Shown here piece after piece: positions 25,152 through 34,056 of a stretch of DNA of 64,000 nt. The translations under genes and the position numbers were made by a program. The number at the start of each line of letters is the position of its first letter. Within the stretch, counting starts at the first letter, position 1. The DNA is from a virus (Duplodnaviria; Caudoviricetes), in IMG/VR virus record IMGVR_UViG_3300005440_000008, positions 40,034 through 104,033 of that record, one strand, 5' to 3'. The notes beneath the pieces are model-generated. The model was not told the DNA's origin. It made no database searches and was given only the letters and a program-made list of their open reading frames with translations.

Positions 25152-25900
25152 GGGAGCGACGCGCCTTTCAGGAACCAGCCGAAGAGCGTGAAGACCCCGA
25201 TGAGCCCGACCCAGAGAAGCCCGATGGTCGCCTTCCGCATCGGCTTGACGTAGCGCTCGATCGTGTCGAGCTGCGTCGTGATCGTGCCGACCGACGTATC
25301 GAGGGAGGTGACCCGTCCCGCGAGCGCGTTGACCTGCTCGCGAAGCCCCTTGCACTCGTCGAGCACCGAGGTATCGAGCCGGCGCCGCTCCTGCCGGAGC
25401 GACAGGACCCAGTACTTCTGCGGGTAAGTCCACCCCTTGAACAGGGCCTCGGCCTCGTGGAAGAGCTCGCGCAGCGGCTCGTGATCGACCAGGGCCTCGT
25501 AGAGCCCTTGATTGATCGCAATCCCGCGCACCGCCTCGGGGAGGTCCCGGAGGCGCGCGGCGAAGTTGATGACGCTCCCGCTGGGCCGCGCGGTCGGCTT
25601 CCACGCCTGCGGGGCGGGCCACCAGGTCAGATCCCCGATCGCCATGCTGATCCGCAGCTCGAGCCCATCCTGGAGATGCGCGTCAATGGCCGCTCGGACC
25701 AGCGGCCCGGCCAGTTCCGAATGCCCGACGAGCAGATGGCCGTCGCCGATCTGCGGCCCCACCCACAGGTCCGGGTCGGTGGCCTTGAAGAGGGCGATCG
25801 CGCGCGCCAGGCGCTCGTCGATCTCCGGCTGGAGAAACTGTGCCCCCGTGCGCTCGGCCTTCGCCGAGCTGTTGACGACGTCGACATACGTGACCGGCAT
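25148..25900 (-). CDS. Class III nucleotide cyclase domain plus coiled coil plus C-terminal TM helix
   Basis: YVDVVNSS (Asp7), IGDG (Asp53), LRISMAIGD, GSVINFAARL, IAINQGLYEAL, FKG. Confidence 0.8.
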   Translation of the reverse strand: MPVTYVDVVNSSAKAERTGAQFLQPEIDERLARAIALFKATDPDLWVGPQIGDGHLLVGHSELAGPLVRAAIDAHLQDGLELRISMAIGDLTWWPAPQAWKPTARPSGSVINFAARLRDLPEAVRGIAINQGLYEALVDHEPLRELFHEAEALFKGWTYPQKYWVLSLRQERRRLDTSVLDECKGLREQVNALAGRVTSLDTSVGTITTQLDTIERYVKPMRKATIGLLWVGLIGVFTLFGWFLKGASLP

Positions 25901-25906
25901 CGCTCC

Positions 25907-26662
25907 CTAGCCGCCGGCTGAGAACGTGCCGTCGTAGGTGGACTGCAGTCCGTCACCCGAGACCAGCGTGATGGCGCCATACACCGTCCGGTCGAAGAGC
26001 ACGCCGACGGCGTCCGCCGAGAAGAGCCCGTGCTCGCGGAGCGCGGCCCCGGGCGTCCCGTCGAGGGTGTTGGTGGCCACGGTCCGGTAGACCGTCGCGC
26101 TCGCCTCGGCGGTGGTGCCGGTCGCGCGGACGTTGCCGGTGTACTCGGTCATCAGCTCGGTGACGAGCGCGGTGTCGCCCGCTGCCTCGGCCGTCGAGCC
26201 CGTGCCGAGGCCGTGATACTTCTCGGTCTCGAGCTCGACAAGGTTCTGGAACGCGTCGACGATGAAGCCGACGCCAACGGTGGTGACAACCTTGAGCCCG
26301 ACCAGGCCGAGCGGGATGGCGCGGCCACTCGCCCGGAAGATGGTGAGGTCGAGCGCGCCCCAGAACGTCGGGATGCCGAGCGTCTGCGCGATCTGGATCT
26401 TCGGGATCCCGCGCAGGAGCAGCCGGCGGTTGGCCCGACGGAAGCGGTTGATCTCGTCCCGGATCTCCGGGTACGGCGAGTCCGACGGCGCGAGGCCGCG
26501 GCGCCACACCTCGGCGAGGGAGAACCGCGCCGCGCCACGGCCGCTGCGGAACTCGGGCGGCTTCCCTTCCTGCGCCATCCGCTGCCGGACGATCGTGAGG
26601 CCGACAGCGCCCGAGGCGCCGGTCCGGCCGCCCACCGCTTGAAGCGCCGCGCGCGGGCTCAT
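25907..26662 (-). CDS. Collar/fibre-attachment-like structural protein
   Basis: GLGTGSTAEAAGDTALVTE and LREHGLF...LFDRTV...GDGLQSTY motifs. Confidence 0.6.
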   Translation of the reverse strand: MSPRAALQAVGGRTGASGAVGLTIVRQRMAQEGKPPEFRSGRGAARFSLAEVWRRGLAPSDSPYPEIRDEINRFRRANRRLLLRGIPKIQIAQTLGIPTFWGALDLTIFRASGRAIPLGLVGLKVVTTVGVGFIVDAFQNLVELETEKYHGLGTGSTAEAAGDTALVTELMTEYTGNVRATGTTAEASATVYRTVATNTLDGTPGAALREHGLFSADAVGVLFDRTVYGAITLVSGDGLQSTYDGTFSAGG

Positions 26663-26958
26663 CGGCCGTCTCCCATCTCCCCGCGCGCGTACGCGACGGA
26701 GCGTGCCGTGTGGATCGCCTGGGCGAGCGCGGGGCCGGCCAGATCGGCGGCCTGCGCGAGCGCGCGGCCGAGCGCGTCCCGGATCGGCGCCAGGAGCGCG
26801 GGGTCCGTGACCTCGATCGTGACCGAGGCCGTGAGGTCCTCCCCCTCGGGCGTCACCCGATAGGGCGACGCGCAGACGAGCTTGAGCGCGACCTGGCCGT
26901 CCTCGGTGAGCGTGGCCAGCGCCTTCGCCGTCGCGTCGATGGTCGATCGGATCTCCAT
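26659..26958 (-). CDS. Hypothetical protein
   Basis: 99 aa, GGGGAG SD, ATGA coupled. Confidence 0.55.
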   Translation of the reverse strand: MEIRSTIDATAKALATLTEDGQVALKLVCASPYRVTPEGEDLTASVTIEVTDPALLAPIRDALGRALAQAADLAGPALAQAIHTARSVAYARGEMGDGR

Positions 26959-26969
26959 GGGCTCTCCCC

Positions 26970-27233
26970 CTAGGGCACAGCGACCGGTTCGGCGAGCGCC
27001 GGGGCGGGGACCACCAGCCCCTCGGCGGCCGCGATCGTGGCCGTCCGGAGCTCCGCCGCGCGGATCCAGTCCTGGAAGCGCTCGTACTTGATGCCGAGGA
27101 GCTCGGCGGCCTGCCGGTGGTTCCCCTGGGCCGCCCGGAGCGCGGTCATGACGTACAGGTTCTTGAGCGCCGCGAGCTCGGCCTCGACGTTCACGGGCAC
27201 GCGGATGCGGAGGGCGCCGACGAGCTCGGACAT
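26970..27233 (-). CDS. Fis-type HTH protein
   Basis: ALRAAQGNHRQAAELLGI motif. Confidence 0.8.
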   Translation of the reverse strand: MSELVGALRIRVPVNVEAELAALKNLYVMTALRAAQGNHRQAAELLGIKYERFQDWIRAAELRTATIAAAEGLVVPAPALAEPVAVP

Positions 27234-27919
27234 CAGCGGGCGCCCTCGGTCAGGGTGACCAGCTCGGCCGACTCGGATCCCGGCATCTCGATCGGGATCC
27301 GGACGTCGACGGCGGCCAGGTACTGCATGTAGAAGCGCCCGTCGAGCCCGGGCCAGAGCGTCGAGCCGACGACCTTGTGGCCGACGCGGACATCGCAGTC
27401 GAGCGCCGGCGCGTACCCGGCGGCCGCGGCGCGGAAGCAGAAGTCGAAGTCCTCCTGGAGCGCGTCCATCTCGATCTGGCCGCAGCGGAACCAGGGCGGC
27501 GTGAGCGCCTCCCAGACGCACCGGCGGACGAGGAGGCAGCCGGTGCCGACGGCGGGCACGTCGAGGAGCCCCGTGCGCGGCAGATCGGCCAGGAGCCAGC
27601 GCGCCGGGTGCGGCTCGAGGCTCCGGACCGCCGAGGTGCGGAAGGGCGGGAAGCGCTCGAGCACGACGGCGGACACGAGGGGCAATTCGCGCGCGAGGAG
27701 CCGCGGGAGCATGGTCGTCGTCGGAATGCAGTCCGAGTCGAGGAACAGGACCCAGTCCCCGATGGCCGCCGCGAGCCCGAGGTTCCGCTGCCGCGGGATC
27801 TGATTGCCCTGGACGTCCTGGAGCTTCACCGTGCGCGGCAGCGTGCGCGTCCAGTGGAGCAGCTCGGTCGCGACCGTCCCCTGGTGGAGGATGACGACGG
27901 TGCCGCGCTCGTCGGTCAC
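27233..27919 (-). CDS. Glycosyltransferase family 2
   Basis: RN...GDWVLFLDSD, VGTGCLLVRR, EDFDFC, VGH. Confidence 0.9.
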   Translation of the reverse strand: MTDERGTVVILHQGTVATELLHWTRTLPRTVKLQDVQGNQIPRQRNLGLAAAIGDWVLFLDSDCIPTTTMLPRLLARELPLVSAVVLERFPPFRTSAVRSLEPHPARWLLADLPRTGLLDVPAVGTGCLLVRRCVWEALTPPWFRCGQIEMDALQEDFDFCFRAAAAGYAPALDCDVRVGHKVVGSTLWPGLDGRFYMQYLAAVDVRIPIEMPGSESAELVTLTEGAR

Positions 27920-28314
27920 GCGACCCTCCGCGCCACGACGTTCCAGAAGGCGCCGACCGGGTCGGTGTCCCAGGTCCGGGGCTCGTACGTCACCCCGCCG
28001 TGGACGATCCGGTCCTCGCGCGCCGGCGTGATCGTGAGATCCGAGCGCGCGAAGAGAAAGCGCACGTCGCCCGCCTGGTAGAGCCCCTCGGCGAGGGCGA
28101 GCTCGCGCTGGGACAGCACGTTGCGCACGGCCCGGATCGCGAGGTCGCTGTAGGTCTCGGTGTAGGCCCCGGTTGCCGGCGTGAGCGCCCGGCTCACGAA
28201 GTCGCGGTACGTCACGGCGACCGAGAGCTCGGTGTCGTCCATGAGGGCGGCGACGTCGGCGCCGATCAGGCTCCGCTCGCCCGCGGTCAGGAAGTCGGGC
28301 GTGGGAACGTTCAC
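27916..28314 (-). CDS. Head closure / head-tail joining protein
   Basis: GDVRFLF...P..EDRI..GG.TY pattern; GTGA overlaps; position. Confidence 0.65.
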   Translation of the reverse strand: MNVPTPDFLTAGERSLIGADVAALMDDTELSVAVTYRDFVSRALTPATGAYTETYSDLAIRAVRNVLSQRELALAEGLYQAGDVRFLFARSDLTITPAREDRIVHGGVTYEPRTWDTDPVGAFWNVVARRVA

Positions 28315-28688
28315 GGCTCGGTGTCCTGGTAGACGCTGCGATCGACGCCCGCCTCGTCGACCACGTGGTCGAGGACGGACTCGAGCTCCCACGGCGTCGC
28401 GAGGACGCGCGCCTCGAGCTTGTCGGCGAGGTCGGTCAGGTTCTTGGCGACGCCCCGGCGGTCGAGGCTGAAGCCGTTGACCTGGTAGTAGATGGCGAAC
28501 TTGGCCTGGCTGATCGCGATCGCGCGCAGCGCCTGCGCGGCTGCCAGGTGGAGGTCGCCCGGCCAGGCGTCGAGGAAGAGCTGGAGCTCCTCGTCCTCGA
28601 ACACGTACTGGGCGGCGTTGGTGTCCGAGATGAACAGCCGGAGCCGATCGCGATCGGTCGGGCTCGCCGGCGTGTAGGTGAACGTCAC
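28311..28688 (-). CDS. Head-tail adaptor protein
   Basis: TFTY...DRLRLFISDT....FEDEELQLFL motif. Confidence 0.75.
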   Translation of the reverse strand: MTFTYTPASPTDRDRLRLFISDTNAAQYVFEDEELQLFLDAWPGDLHLAAAQALRAIAISQAKFAIYYQVNGFSLDRRGVAKNLTDLADKLEARVLATPWELESVLDHVVDEAGVDRSVYQDTEP

Positions 28689-29368
28689 GCGGCCGCTCCC
28701 GTGAGGCGCGCTATCGCGGCGATGCCGGCCAGGCTGTCACGGTAGGGCACGCGGCCGCCCTGCCGGTCCTCCCACTGAGCGAGGAGCGTCCCCGTCTGGC
28801 CCGGCCACAGGAGCACGCTCGCCTCGTGGCCGACCCGCACCGCCGTGTCGAGGTGCGCCGGGAAGCCGACCGCGGCCGCCCGGAGGCAGAAGTCGAGGTC
28901 CTCGCCAAGGAGATCGGGCGCGCCCGGGAGCTGTCCGCAGCGGAACCAGGGAGCCGGCAGCACCTCGAAGACCCGGCGCCGCACGAGAAGGCACCCGGTC
29001 CCGATCGCGGGCACCGGCAGCGTGCTCCCGTCGTCGGGCAGCTCCTCGAGGGCGAGGCGGGCGAACGGCTCGAGCGACTTCACCGCGCACACCTCGAAGG
29101 GCGCGCGCCGCTCGACGACGACACCGCCCACGAGCGGCAAGCCACGATCGAGGAGCGTCGGGAGCGCCGGCGCCGGCGGCACGCAGTCGGCGTCGACGTA
29201 GAGGATCCAGTCGCCGACCATGCGCCGTGCGCACTCGTTCCGCGCCCAGGCGATCTGGTTGGTCCGGAGCCGGAGGATGGTGACCTCGGCGGGTTGCGCG
29301 GCGAGCCACGCGTCGAGCTCGTCGCAGGCGGGGCCCCGCCCGGTCAGGACTGCGATCGTGCCGTGCAT
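28685..29368 (-). CDS. Glycosyltransferase family 2 (paralog of 27233..27919)
   Basis: ARN..GDWILYVDAD, IGTGCLLVRR, GEDLDFC, VGH. Confidence 0.9.
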   Translation of the reverse strand: MHGTIAVLTGRGPACDELDAWLAAQPAEVTILRLRTNQIAWARNECARRMVGDWILYVDADCVPPAPALPTLLDRGLPLVGGVVVERRAPFEVCAVKSLEPFARLALEELPDDGSTLPVPAIGTGCLLVRRRVFEVLPAPWFRCGQLPGAPDLLGEDLDFCLRAAAVGFPAHLDTAVRVGHEASVLLWPGQTGTLLAQWEDRQGGRVPYRDSLAGIAAIARLTGAAA

Positions 29369-29458
29369 GCCTGCCGCGTGGCCCCCTCTGAGGTGGAGCC
29401 ACGGAGCCCGCCCGGCGGCGAGCCCCGTGGGTCAGGTGTCCGCGAGTTGCGTCGCGGC

Positions 29459-30697
29459 TTAGGCCGCGTTGACCTTGATCAGCTGGACGGTGTCCAGCGC
29501 GGCGATGCCGCCGTAGTACCGCGCCTTGAACCGCGCCACGACGTCGCGCCGGAACTGGGCCTCGTCGTCCTGCCGCGCGCGGAAGGTCTGGAGCGGCCAG
29601 ATCTCCTGCCAGATGAACTGCGCCTTCGGATCGCCGATGAACCAGTCGGAACTGTCGTTGTACTGGCTGCCCGACAGGGAGGCGAGGTAGTCCAGCAGCG
29701 GGCTCGAGAGCGGCTTCAGCCCCGGGGCCAGGGTGCCGAGCGGATTGGCCGTATCGAACTGCATGCCGGTGCCGGCGGTGATGTCCCCGCTCCGGACCGT
29801 GATCGCGTTCGCGATCCGCGCGGCCGTCCCCCAGAGCTTCCGGGCCACGAGCAGGACCTTGGGCATCCAGATGATGGGCAGCTGCTCGTCGGTCCGCGCG
29901 CGGTCGTCGCGGACGGTCGTCGCGTGATACTGGAAGACCTCGTCGAGGTCGGTCCAGTCGACCAGCTGGATGGGGCCGGCGGCGAGGTTCTTGTTGGTGG
30001 CCGAGTAGAGCGCGGCCGCCGTGCCGTTCGGCCGGTACACCGACCGGTACTTGATCCCGTTGGCCACGAGATCGGCGGCGCCGGCCACGTCGACGATGCC
30101 GCCGAGGATGATGAGCTCGCGCTCCTGGCGGGTGGCTTCCCCGAGCCGGCTCGCCCGCAGGAGGATCTGGCCGGTCTGGTCGTGGAAGATCGCCTCCTCG
30201 GTGATCTCGAGGATCCGGCCCTTCTTCGCCGTTTCCGTGGTGACGTACTTCTCCGCGAAGCTCGACTCCTCGTAGGGCATCCCCTCGGGCACTTCCTTGG
30301 GGCCTTCCAGCGAGGTGAAGCCGACGATGCGCTCACTCTTGAGCCGCGACTGCATGACGGTGACGAGCTGGTCCCCGATCGCGCCCTCGAGGCCGTAGTA
30401 GCCTTCGATGATGCGGCTGGCGATCAGCATGCCGGTGGCGCTCGGGAAGACCGTGGACTCGAGCGCCTCCTGCATCTCGATGTAGTTGAAGCGTCCGGGC
30501 GAGCGCTGGGACGGGAGGGTCTGCTCGCAGGGGCCGACCGTGGCTTCCCAGAGCGCGCGCAGCGGGAACTCCTCCGCGCGATGCTTGCGGATCTCCTTGC
30601 CGGTCTCGTCGCGGCCTTCCAGCAGGAGCCCGATGATCTCGACGAACCCGGCCGGACCGACCCGGTTCAGGATGCCCTTCATCTCGTCTCGTCGCAT
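29459..30697 (-). CDS. Major capsid protein (HK97 fold, Mu gpT-like)
   Basis: 412 aa; V.EG..Y, KKGRILEITEEAI..D, PKVLLV, RYYGG motifs; AGGAGG SD. Confidence 0.9.
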   Translation of the reverse strand: MRRDEMKGILNRVGPAGFVEIIGLLLEGRDETGKEIRKHRAEEFPLRALWEATVGPCEQTLPSQRSPGRFNYIEMQEALESTVFPSATGMLIASRIIEGYYGLEGAIGDQLVTVMQSRLKSERIVGFTSLEGPKEVPEGMPYEESSFAEKYVTTETAKKGRILEITEEAIFHDQTGQILLRASRLGEATRQERELIILGGIVDVAGAADLVANGIKYRSVYRPNGTAAALYSATNKNLAAGPIQLVDWTDLDEVFQYHATTVRDDRARTDEQLPIIWMPKVLLVARKLWGTAARIANAITVRSGDITAGTGMQFDTANPLGTLAPGLKPLSSPLLDYLASLSGSQYNDSSDWFIGDPKAQFIWQEIWPLQTFRARQDDEAQFRRDVVARFKARYYGGIAALDTVQLIKVNAA

Positions 30698-30776
30698 CGA
30701 CGCCCCTCCTCGTCAGAAGTTGAAGAAGTCGGTTCCTGGCTGGCGCGCCGCTGAGGGGCGGCGCGACGCGCGCGCC

Positions 30777-31283
30777 TCAGCTCGTCAGGTAGTTGCGCAC
30801 CCCGCCCCCGGCGGCGATGCGGGTGAAGATCTCGAACTCGATGAACGCGACCGCGCTCGCGTAGCGCTTCTGCGCGCGCCCGATCGCGAAGCTCTCGTTG
30901 CTGACCTTGTCGACGACCTGGGCCTGCAGGAGATTGCTCGAGGGGTGCTTGCTCGGCCCCACGAGGTCGCCCACCTCGAAGGCCGCCGCCGTCTGGAGCG
31001 GGAAGCCGTGCGTCCCGCGCGTCGCCACGCGGATGGTCGTCACCAGCGCGTCGCCCGCGACGTGCGCGCTATGCGCCACGCCGGCGAACTTCTCGGCCGC
31101 CTTGCCCTGGCTGCCGGCGGCGGTCCCGGTCCACAGGCCGGCATGGCTGAACGGCTTGGCGTCGTCCGTGTCGAGCCAGATCAGGTCGCCGGCCTCGACC
31201 CCGACGGCCGCATCGACGGCCATCTCGACCAGCCCGTACGGATTGGCGTCCCCTGCGTTCCACCGCTCGCGGTGCACGTTCAT
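30777..31283 (-). CDS. Capsid decoration/cement protein
   Basis: VEAGDL...FAGVA...IRVATRG...FEVGDLV; located between scaffold and capsid genes. Confidence 0.7.
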   Translation of the reverse strand: MNVHRERWNAGDANPYGLVEMAVDAAVGVEAGDLIWLDTDDAKPFSHAGLWTGTAAGSQGKAAEKFAGVAHSAHVAGDALVTTIRVATRGTHGFPLQTAAAFEVGDLVGPSKHPSSNLLQAQVVDKVSNESFAIGRAQKRYASAVAFIEFEIFTRIAAGGGVRNYLTS

Positions 31284-31352
31284 GAGCCTGCTCCCTCTCT
31301 CGGCTGGCGGCCCGGCGGGCCGCGCGGTTCAAGGCCTGGTGTGCGCCGCCGC

Positions 31353-33347
31353 TTACCGCAGGGCCGCCGACATCTCCGCGCAGATCCCGGTCGGCAGCTT
31401 CACGCCGCCGTCCCGGTGCTCCTGGAGCGCTCCGTCCGCCTTCCGCTGGGACTCGGCCGGCTGCCCCGTGCGCGTGCCCGCCGCAGCGTCGAGGCTCGCG
31501 AGGCGGTCGTCCATCAGCCCGGTCCACTTCGCCTCGTCGGCCTCCATGAGCGCGCCCCGGAAGACATCGGTGATGGCGCCGACGGTCTTGCCGTACTTCT
31601 TGCCGAGCGCATGCTCGGCCAGGACCGTGTCGAGGCGGCCGCGCTTGGCGCCGACGGCCTTCTCGGACTCGAACGTGTCGAGCTTGGTCTTCGACTCGGC
31701 GAGCGCCGTGCTGGCCGTCTTCAGCTGCCCCTCGAGGGCCGCCTTCTCGGTCGCGGCGGTCGCGAGCGCAGCCTGGGCCTCGCCGAGCTCCTTCAGCTCC
31801 TTGGCGGCGACCCGCTGCTTGATCCGCTCGGCCATCAGCTCGTCCTTGTCCAGCGCCTCGGTGATCGTCTTGAGATCCATGGGTTCCCCCTGAGAAGTGA
31901 TGGGGCCTGCGGGTGCGGCGTGGGTCGCGTCCCAGGCACTGCGGTGCTCGAAGAGGCCCTTGGTGGTCGCGGGATCGCTGACGAGGTCGCCCGAGCGCAC
32001 CTGGACGATCTCGTCGACGTACTCGATGCCGTCCTGCAGGCGCACGCGGCCGCGGCTGACCAGGCTGTTGCCGACCTGGTCCCCGAGGTCCTCGGCGAGC
32101 GCGAAGACCCAGGGGGCCTGGTGCTCGAGGATGTGGAGGTCGCTCAGCACCCGCGCGCGCGGCGCGTCGTACCGCACGTTCCGGTGTCGGCCGATCAGCT
32201 CCTGCACCGCGCGCGGCTTGAAGGCGAGCTCCTTCGTCGTGTGGTTCGCGTACGCCGGGAGCCCCTCGCTGAGCCGGGCGGCCTGCTGGAGCGCGGCCTC
32301 GGTGTAGATCCGACGGCCGTGTTCGCCATTGGCGCTCGTCGCGTTCAGCAGCACGGTGTTCCGGATCACGCGCTGCTCGCGATCGATCTGCCCTTCGCGG
32401 AGGATCCCGGCCGGCTTCTGCTCGGCGAGGAGGGCGAGCGCTTCCTGGTGCGTCACGGCGGGCGCGCCGGCCGGGGGTGCGACCGCGGCTGGAGGTGCGC
32501 CACCCCCCGGCTGAATCCGGACCTCGGTGAGCGGGCCACCTTCGCCCCGGACCTTCGTGAACTCGGCGGTGACTTCCTCGGCCGTGCCGGCCAGCAGCAC
32601 CGTGGTGCCGTCGATCCGGTAGCCGTCCTGGTAGAGCTTCCCCTGCATCTCGTAGACGACCGCGTCGGGGAAGGTCGCGACGACGCGGACCGAGCAGTCG
32701 TACGGGTGCGTGCCACCGTACGGCCCGTGGCAGCTCTCGTGCCACTCCTGCAGCGCCGCCTGGGCCGCGCAGATGATCGTCTCGAAGCTGAGCACGCCCT
32801 CCTGCATCGCGGCGAGCATCTGGCCGTAGTAGCTCGCCTCGCGGAGCGTCTCGAGGTCCTCGAGGAGCTCCGGGCGCATGGCCTCCGGCACCGCCCCCGC
32901 CTCGAGGAGGTGGCGCGCGCTCCGGCGCAGCCGGCGGGTGGCCACGGTGTACGCCGCGGCCTGCAGCACCGGCGGCAGCTCGTCGCCCGTGACGCCGGCG
33001 GTCTTGTAGAGCGTCCGGAGCTTCCGGAGCGCGGCCGCGCGCTGGTCGGGGGAGAGCTGGACGGTGCGCCCCCGGAAGCCCTTGCCGAGCGCTGCGGCCG
33101 CGCGCCCGAGCTGGGCCTTCGTCACCTTCGCGGTGGGCGACTCCCAGATCCGGAGCTTCCACGTGCTGGGCTGGGCCGCGTCCGGGACGACGAGGTAGGC
33201 GGCCGCGGGGAACGCCTCGCCGCCCTCGGTCTTCATCGCCTCGGTCAGGATCTCGGCGGCGCCTCCGGCGGCCTCGAGGAGTGTCACGATCTGGGAATGA
33301 TTCAGCGTCTGCGGATCATCGACGACTAATACGCGGTGCGTGAACAC
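31353..33347 (-). CDS. Prohead protease-scaffold fusion with extra N-terminal domains
   Basis: SANG..RIY, YANH, VGNSLVSRG, DLVSDPAT protease motifs; coiled-coil C-terminus; likely nested scaffold start at 31880 (AGGGGGA SD). Confidence 0.8.
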   Translation of the reverse strand: MFTHRVLVVDDPQTLNHSQIVTLLEAAGGAAEILTEAMKTEGGEAFPAAAYLVVPDAAQPSTWKLRIWESPTAKVTKAQLGRAAAALGKGFRGRTVQLSPDQRAAALRKLRTLYKTAGVTGDELPPVLQAAAYTVATRRLRRSARHLLEAGAVPEAMRPELLEDLETLREASYYGQMLAAMQEGVLSFETIICAAQAALQEWHESCHGPYGGTHPYDCSVRVVATFPDAVVYEMQGKLYQDGYRIDGTTVLLAGTAEEVTAEFTKVRGEGGPLTEVRIQPGGGAPPAAVAPPAGAPAVTHQEALALLAEQKPAGILREGQIDREQRVIRNTVLLNATSANGEHGRRIYTEAALQQAARLSEGLPAYANHTTKELAFKPRAVQELIGRHRNVRYDAPRARVLSDLHILEHQAPWVFALAEDLGDQVGNSLVSRGRVRLQDGIEYVDEIVQVRSGDLVSDPATTKGLFEHRSAWDATHAAPAGPITSQGEPMDLKTITEALDKDELMAERIKQRVAAKELKELGEAQAALATAATEKAALEGQLKTASTALAESKTKLDTFESEKAVGAKRGRLDTVLAEHALGKKYGKTVGAITDVFRGALMEADEAKWTGLMDDRLASLDAAAGTRTGQPAESQRKADGALQEHRDGGVKLPTGICAEMSAALR

Positions 33348-33354
33348 GACGCTG

Positions 33355-33430
33355 ACGTTACGGTGCGCGCGGCCTGCGGCGCACCGGTGAAGTGTTTCCG
33401 GTTACGCCCCTTTAGGACTGTTTAGGACAG
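33355..33430 (-). promoter_or_regulatory. Putative regulated late promoter
   Basis: TAACGT -10 is 7 nt before GTG; 8-bp inverted repeat 33361-33386; tandem TTTAGGACWG at 33411-33430. Confidence 0.5.
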
Positions 33431-33709
33431 TTTTGTTGGGCGACGCGACCCCGCGCGGGCCGAGACGGGCGCGCCGAACACATCGCGGAGCTCGCGCTCG
33501 GTCGAGCCGCGGGACCGGAGAAAGTCGAGCAGGTTGTCGCGGTAGATCAGGTAGTGGGGCTTCCGTCCGGTGCCGATGTTCAGCGCCGGCAGGTGGCCGT
33601 TCCGGATCCAGTAGCGCACGGTCCGGGTATGCACGTGGAGGTGGCGCGCCACCACGCTCGGCTCGAGGTGCCGGCGACGATCCATCCGATGGGACCGCCG
33701 GCGCGTCAC
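33422..33709 (-). CDS. Excisionase/MerR-like HTH protein
   Basis: VARHLHVHTRTVRYWIRNGHLPA motif. Confidence 0.8.
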   Translation of the reverse strand: MTRRRSHRMDRRRHLEPSVVARHLHVHTRTVRYWIRNGHLPALNIGTGRKPHYLIYRDNLLDFLRSRGSTERELRDVFGAPVSARAGSRRPTKLS

Positions 33710-34056
33710 GGGGCCGGCTCCACCACGTAGCCCGTGGTCGGGACCAGGCCGACGCGCCGGCCGCGCCCGTGGGCGTCGCTCCACTCGATGAGCTGCACGA
33801 GGTCCTCGGCGATGGCCGCGGCGAGGTGCTCCGTCGGCACCGCGCCCAGACTGACGGCCGGGCCCGGGCTCAGCGGGCATCGGTAGAGCTCAACCCGCGC
33901 CGGTGCGGCGGCGCCGGAGGCCAGGGCGGGCGTGGGCACCAGGGGGCGGACGAGCCGGACAGTGGGCCGGAGCGCGGTCGGTGGATTCGCGCGGCAGTGG
34001 GGACAGCTATCGCGCCGGCGCCCGTCCGCGCCGCAGCCCGAGCAGCGGTAGCTCAT
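33706..34056 (-). CDS. Small zinc-finger protein
   Basis: CSGC...CPHC; ATGA overlap. Confidence 0.5.
   Translation of the reverse strand: MSYRCSGCGADGRRRDSCPHCRANPPTALRPTVRLVRPLVPTPALASGAAAPARVELYRCPLSPGPAVSLGAVPTEHLAAAIAEDLVQLIEWSDAHGRGRRVGLVPTTGYVVEPAP

Noticed and set aside
29399-29430. Hairpin after the major capsid gene as an intrinsic terminator
   Set aside because: CCACGG/CCGTGG stem is present but there is no U-tract; cannot be called a terminator
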